Made by a program: the position numbers and the translations under genes. Positions 17,507 to 21,713 of a stretch of DNA of 21,713 nt are shown one piece after another; position 1 is the stretch's first letter, and each line of letters opens with the position of its first letter. The DNA lies in the NCBI GenBank assembly GCA_034530875.2, contig JAVRCJ020000071.1:1-21713 (forward strand). Direction: 5' to 3'. Source of the stretch: Nostoc sp. DedSLP01 (GTDB taxonomy: Bacteria > Cyanobacteriota > Cyanobacteriia > Cyanobacteriales > Nostocaceae). A model generated the notes under the pieces. It made no database searches. It was not told where the DNA came from and saw only the letters and a program-made list of their open reading frames with translations.

Positions 17507-17798
17507 TCTCACTACCTTTGTTAATCAATACAAAATTGTGTAATTTTATAATGCCCAATTTTGCTATTTTTCAACCAAATTTGGGCTTTTTAATCTTAAA
17601 AAATAATGAATTAAGCAGCAAAAAATATTTGATTATCGAATTTATATACTATTAAGTACAAAATTAGCCTTGCTCTCTAATCTCAACTAGAGATATAAGG
17701 TCTTGGTTTACTCTTTTATATAAGTTTATACAATGAAAATTATTATTAAATATTATTAGTGAGACTGTGTGACTTTTATTTGTAAAATTGAAATATTT

Positions 17799-17830
17799 AA
17801 TTATCGGCTTTTGATAAAAAGCCGATAATT
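17799..17830 (-). terminator. Perfect 14-bp hairpin, probable terminator of the NRPS-like gene
   Basis: AATTATCGGCTTTT-gata-AAAAGCCGATAATT lies 10 nt after the stop codon at 17841. Confidence 0.75.
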
Positions 17831-17840
17831 TAGTTTTTCG

Positions 17841-20800
17841 CTAATAATTTAGCGATTTTATATTTGGGAGTTGTCTGGTAGAGAAATTTTTATCAAATTT
17901 GGGTAAGTACTGTCTCATCAGTTCCTTGTCAATCTTTGGACATAATATACCAGAACCTTGTATCGCATTAAGAGTATTATCTACTTGGCATATAGGAGTA
18001 CGATGGTGTACTTCTAGTATGGTGCTGCGGTCTTGATATACTTTCTCTTGGAAGAAAGAAATCAATGGATACAAGGGATTGTTGGTTGGCAAAGTAGAGA
18101 GAGCATTCAACCAGTTTTTAGGTGAAATTTTTTGTAAGGGATAGCCCAACTCTTTGAAGAACTCAAATATTTCTACATTACTTAATTCCTGCTCTCTAGG
18201 CACAACAATGTTGTAATTGCCACCTATATATTTTGCGTCTGAGGAAATATGAGCGATGACGGCGGCAACATAGTCCACAGGTATAGGATCCCAATATTTT
18301 TCGGGCCAGTCTGGATACATACCCATCTCTATACAACCGCCTATAAACCGATAAAAGGTGTCGTTAAGGTTGGCAGCTCCAGTTTGTCTGTGTCCAGAAA
18401 TAAAACCAGGACGGTAAATAGAGACTGCCAATCCTTTTTCTTTTGCTGACCTCACCATACGTTCGGCAGCCCATTTTGCCTGTACATAGGCGAACTCTAC
18501 AGACATAATTGGGAAGGTCAAATCAATATCAAAATCTTCAGGAACTTTATCAATACCTAACAATGAAGTTACTGCTCCATAAACAGACGCAGTAGATATG
18601 TAATGCATTATTTTGTGACGGCGGTGTGCTGCTAAGACCAGAAGATTCGCAGTTCCATATACATTGGATTTTTTAATTAGGGAATAAGGTTTGATGTAAC
18701 TAGTGTCAGCAGCTACATGATAGATTTGGTCAACTTCCTCACCCAGTTTGTCAAATAATGGTGCTGGTAGTTGCAGTTGTGGTTGTTCGATGTCGCCAGC
18801 GATGACATCTACTTGGGCTAGTTTTGCTGTTGGTAGCTGATATTGAGTAAAGGTTGCACGCAGCCTTGCTTGTGCTGTTATCTCGTTTTCGGCTCGTATC
18901 AAGCAATAAATTTTCCGATAGGTGCTTTTTACGAGCAGTTCATAAAGCAAGTGTGCGCCTAGAAAACCTGTCGTACCTGTAATTAATGCACAGTCAGACT
19001 TAACTTGTGGTGGTTGTTGCCAAATCGATGTATTTATATCTGGAGAAAGTTGTGCTTCTGCTTGCAAGTCAATATGTTTATCATTAGCTGCACTTTCGCT
19101 TTTGAGTTTAAACTGCTCTAATAATCTTGCTAAACTCGATGGTGTAGGATATTCATAAATTAAGCGAGAAGGAAGAGTTACGCCAAAATCGCGATCGAGC
19201 GCATATAAAACATGAGCAATGCACAGCGAACTCCCACCCATCTCAAAGAAATTAGTGTGAGGCTTGCAAGTGCCGGTAGGTAATTCTAAAGCTTCATCAA
19301 AAACTACCGCAATCATCAAAGAGTTATCCATTGTATCAGTCACGAAAGATGGTGTTTGGGGCAGTTCTGGTAAAGCATTCCGGTCTACTTTGCTGCGATT
19401 AGGTAACAAAGGCAATTCATCCATGAAAACAAAACGCCCAGGCACCATATAATCTGGTAGTTGTTCGGCGGCAAAGCGTTGCAGGTGCTTTTCTGTCAAA
19501 AACTGTCCGGCTTTAGGAACGATATATGCGACAAGCATCGATACGCCATAATTTTCTGGCACATCGCTACTTTCTATTCGTGGAGTTCTAATTGCTTTGA
19601 CTGCGTTCGTCTGTACTCCAGGATGCTGGGCAAGTATCATTTCAATTGCTTCTATTTCTATACGCTTGCCGCGAATTTTGACTTGGCGATCGCATCTACC
19701 GGCATAGTGTAACAGCCCCGGTTGATGCGGATCTTCGTAAACGATATCGCCAGTTTTGTAGATTTTGCCCGCACCAAAAGGGTTGTCTAGAAAGCGAGTA
19801 CTTGTAATCTCAGGTTTATCTAGATAGCCTTTAGCTACCCCAATACCACCTACATATAACTCGCCCTTTTCACCACGATTACAAAGTTGAAGTTCTTCAT
19901 CAAGAATGTAGAGTTCTACATTTGGCAGCGCATAACCAATAGGCAGAGTTGTATCCTGTTGTTTAAACTCGTAAATTGTGCAGCAAACTGTTATTTCTGT
20001 TGGCCCGTAGGCATTGAAAAACCGGGTATGGGCTGAAACCCATGCTTTGGCAAGCGATACGGGGCAAGCTTCACCACCTACGACTACCATTTGCAGATCG
20101 GGTAATAGGTGGGAAAAAGGTGTCAATGTTGCGAGTACAGAAGGGGGTAACATCACCCATTGCACTCTTTGTCTAGCGATGAAATTTGCCAACAGTTGCC
20201 CAGGAAGCATTTTCTCTCTTGCACCCAGTACTAAAGTTGCCCCACCACATAATGCTGTAAATATTTCCCACACTGCTGCATCAAAACTGATGGAGGCAAA
20301 CTGAAGTAAACGCAAGCCTGGTTTGATATTAAAAGTGTTACAGCTAGTTTGAGCAAGATTTAGTAAACCTTGATGGGTAAGCATTACACCCTTCGGTACA
20401 CCTGTAGAGCCAGAGGTATAAATAATATAAGCTAGTTGTTCAGGCTCTACTACTGAAGGTAATGCAGAGGATGTAGTTAACGATTCCCAAACAGTAGGGG
20501 TGTCCAAAAAACACATCTGCCCATCCACACCACTCTGCCGCATCGCTGGCTCGATATCAAAAGCAAACTTCTGCTGTGTCAGAATTGTGGTTAATTTAGC
20601 ATCAGCAATCATGTAACTAAGTCGCTGGCGGGGTAAATCTGGATCGAGGGGAACAAAAGCTGCGCCTGCTTTCAAAATGGCATAGATAGCAATAACCATT
20701 TCAAAAGAAGGTTCTATACATAGTCCAACTAAACTATCAGATTTTAGCCAACCTTGTGCTGTTAAGTACTGAGATAACTGTTCTGCGCGCTGCTGTAATT

Positions 20801-20918
20801 GAGCGTAAGAAAACTGTTGAGATTCTATAATTACTGCCAGATGGTCATGATATTTTTGACAAATAAAGTCGATTAAAGAAACAACTGTTGGATGGTTTTG
20901 TGAATTCTGAGTATTCAT
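17841..20918 (-). CDS. Stand-alone NRPS-like adenylation-thiolation-reductase (A-T-R) enzyme
   Basis: A-domain motifs YIIYTSGSTGVPKG, FDAAVWEI, NAYGPTE, YKTGD and QVKIRG. PCP FFEMGGSSL. Thioester reductase ITGTTGFLG and YVQAK (YxxxK). No condensation domain. Confidence 0.93.
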   Translation of the reverse strand: MNTQNSQNHPTVVSLIDFICQKYHDHLAVIIESQQFSYAQLQQRAEQLSQYLTAQGWLKSDSLVGLCIEPSFEMVIAIYAILKAGAAFVPLDPDLPRQRLSYMIADAKLTTILTQQKFAFDIEPAMRQSGVDGQMCFLDTPTVWESLTTSSALPSVVEPEQLAYIIYTSGSTGVPKGVMLTHQGLLNLAQTSCNTFNIKPGLRLLQFASISFDAAVWEIFTALCGGATLVLGAREKMLPGQLLANFIARQRVQWVMLPPSVLATLTPFSHLLPDLQMVVVGGEACPVSLAKAWVSAHTRFFNAYGPTEITVCCTIYEFKQQDTTLPIGYALPNVELYILDEELQLCNRGEKGELYVGGIGVAKGYLDKPEITSTRFLDNPFGAGKIYKTGDIVYEDPHQPGLLHYAGRCDRQVKIRGKRIEIEAIEMILAQHPGVQTNAVKAIRTPRIESSDVPENYGVSMLVAYIVPKAGQFLTEKHLQRFAAEQLPDYMVPGRFVFMDELPLLPNRSKVDRNALPELPQTPSFVTDTMDNSLMIAVVFDEALELPTGTCKPHTNFFEMGGSSLCIAHVLYALDRDFGVTLPSRLIYEYPTPSSLARLLEQFKLKSESAANDKHIDLQAEAQLSPDINTSIWQQPPQVKSDCALITGTTGFLGAHLLYELLVKSTYRKIYCLIRAENEITAQARLRATFTQYQLPTAKLAQVDVIAGDIEQPQLQLPAPLFDKLGEEVDQIYHVAADTSYIKPYSLIKKSNVYGTANLLVLAAHRRHKIMHYISTASVYGAVTSLLGIDKVPEDFDIDLTFPIMSVEFAYVQAKWAAERMVRSAKEKGLAVSIYRPGFISGHRQTGAANLNDTFYRFIGGCIEMGMYPDWPEKYWDPIPVDYVAAVIAHISSDAKYIGGNYNIVVPREQELSNVEIFEFFKELGYPLQKISPKNWLNALSTLPTNNPLYPLISFFQEKVYQDRSTILEVHHRTPICQVDNTLNAIQGSGILCPKIDKELMRQYLPKFDKNFSTRQLPNIKSLNY

Positions 20919-21713
20919 TTAATTACAGATATGGTTTGCTAAAAAAAATCTAAAATTAGAGATAGGACTAGAGCACTACCAGCAATATAATTTCACAGCG
21001 AAATTATAGAAAAATGCTAATTTTAACATCAATTTTTCTAGATATTAAATTAATGATTTGGGAGATTACAAACATCCAACTTCACTTGTAAAAACAAATT
21101 TAATATGGACAAGATGTACACTTCCAAGCAGAAGTTACAACAGGCTAATACGCAGGTATACAAAGTAGTTGATCTATCAATAAAGCCTTTAATGAAAGGT
21201 AGAGTAGCTTCAAAAGATAATAAACATAGGATTCAAAAACTATTTATCAATGGTAAGAATTATGAGTATTTTCCAATTAATAGCATTTAAATGTTTGTTC
21301 AATAAAATAATTTATTTTTTAATTTGATTTGAAAAAGCATCATTGATTTTTATGCACTTTAATATTTTAGGATAGTTAATGATTGTTGCATAAACTTTTG
21401 AAAAGATCTAGAGAGTAATCCAAATCTTTAACTTTATAAAATGACTATAATAGATACCTATGGAAGAATATTTAAGTATGCAAAATAAATTACTTTTGCA
21501 CTTATTCATTGATAAATAACTATTTGGCTTAATCTTTTATGATTAATTTAATTTACTTAGATACGTCTTCAGCAAAGAAATATTTTAATTTCTAAATTCT
21601 CAGTAATTGCACGTAATTAGCCCAACAATAGTAAATATAGAACTTACGCATTGACAGAAAATTGATACTATGCAGCCAAGCTCAACTTCTGTGTTAGGTG
21701 TTCCAAAATAAAG

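Larger units (their letters stand above)
1505..19693. repeat. Dispersed HIP1 octamers (GCGATCGC)
   Basis: Copies seen at 1505, 1710, 3381, 5083, 6426, 8300, 9997, 10526, 10608, 12210, 13070, 17352 and 19686. HIP1 enrichment is a cyanobacterial hallmark. Confidence 0.9.

Noticed and set aside
21105..21290. 61-aa ORF in the AT-rich region upstream of the A-T-R gene
   Set aside because: No SD or recognisable motif. It cannot be supported without a homology search, though it is not excluded.
1..21713. CRISPR array, tRNA/rRNA, integrase, reverse transcriptase or transposase
   Set aside because: None seen. The three boundary hairpins are >1.2 kb apart and no recombinase is encoded in the window, so an integron call is unsupported.

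Overview
This window is filamentous-cyanobacterial DNA, probably Nostocales, judged from at least 13 HIP1 GCGATCGC sites and short tandem repeats. On the minus strand at the left is a peptide/protein export locus: an HlyD adaptor, a C39-peptidase ABC transporter (PCAT), and two tandemly duplicated genes for double-glycine-leader precursors. Their cores are unusually large (~90 aa), Tyr-rich and Cys-free, and no modifying enzyme is encoded in the window. Each precursor gene lies in a ~1.2-1.35 kb cassette containing a conserved putative promoter, a ~430-nt highly structured 5' leader whose helices show G-U wobbles and compensatory changes on the mRNA strand, a structured 3' trailer, and a boundary hairpin that occurs three times. 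This cassette architecture is the most novel-looking signal. The rest of the window holds an SLH/OprB-type porin, a Uma2 nuclease-family gene, ureEFG, a 213-bp MITE-like element, an uncalled 35-aa membrane microprotein ORF, a large Ser/Thr kinase-AAA ATPase-GAF-His kinase, and a stand-alone A-T-R NRPS-like reductase. All structures and alignments were done by eye and need computational confirmation.
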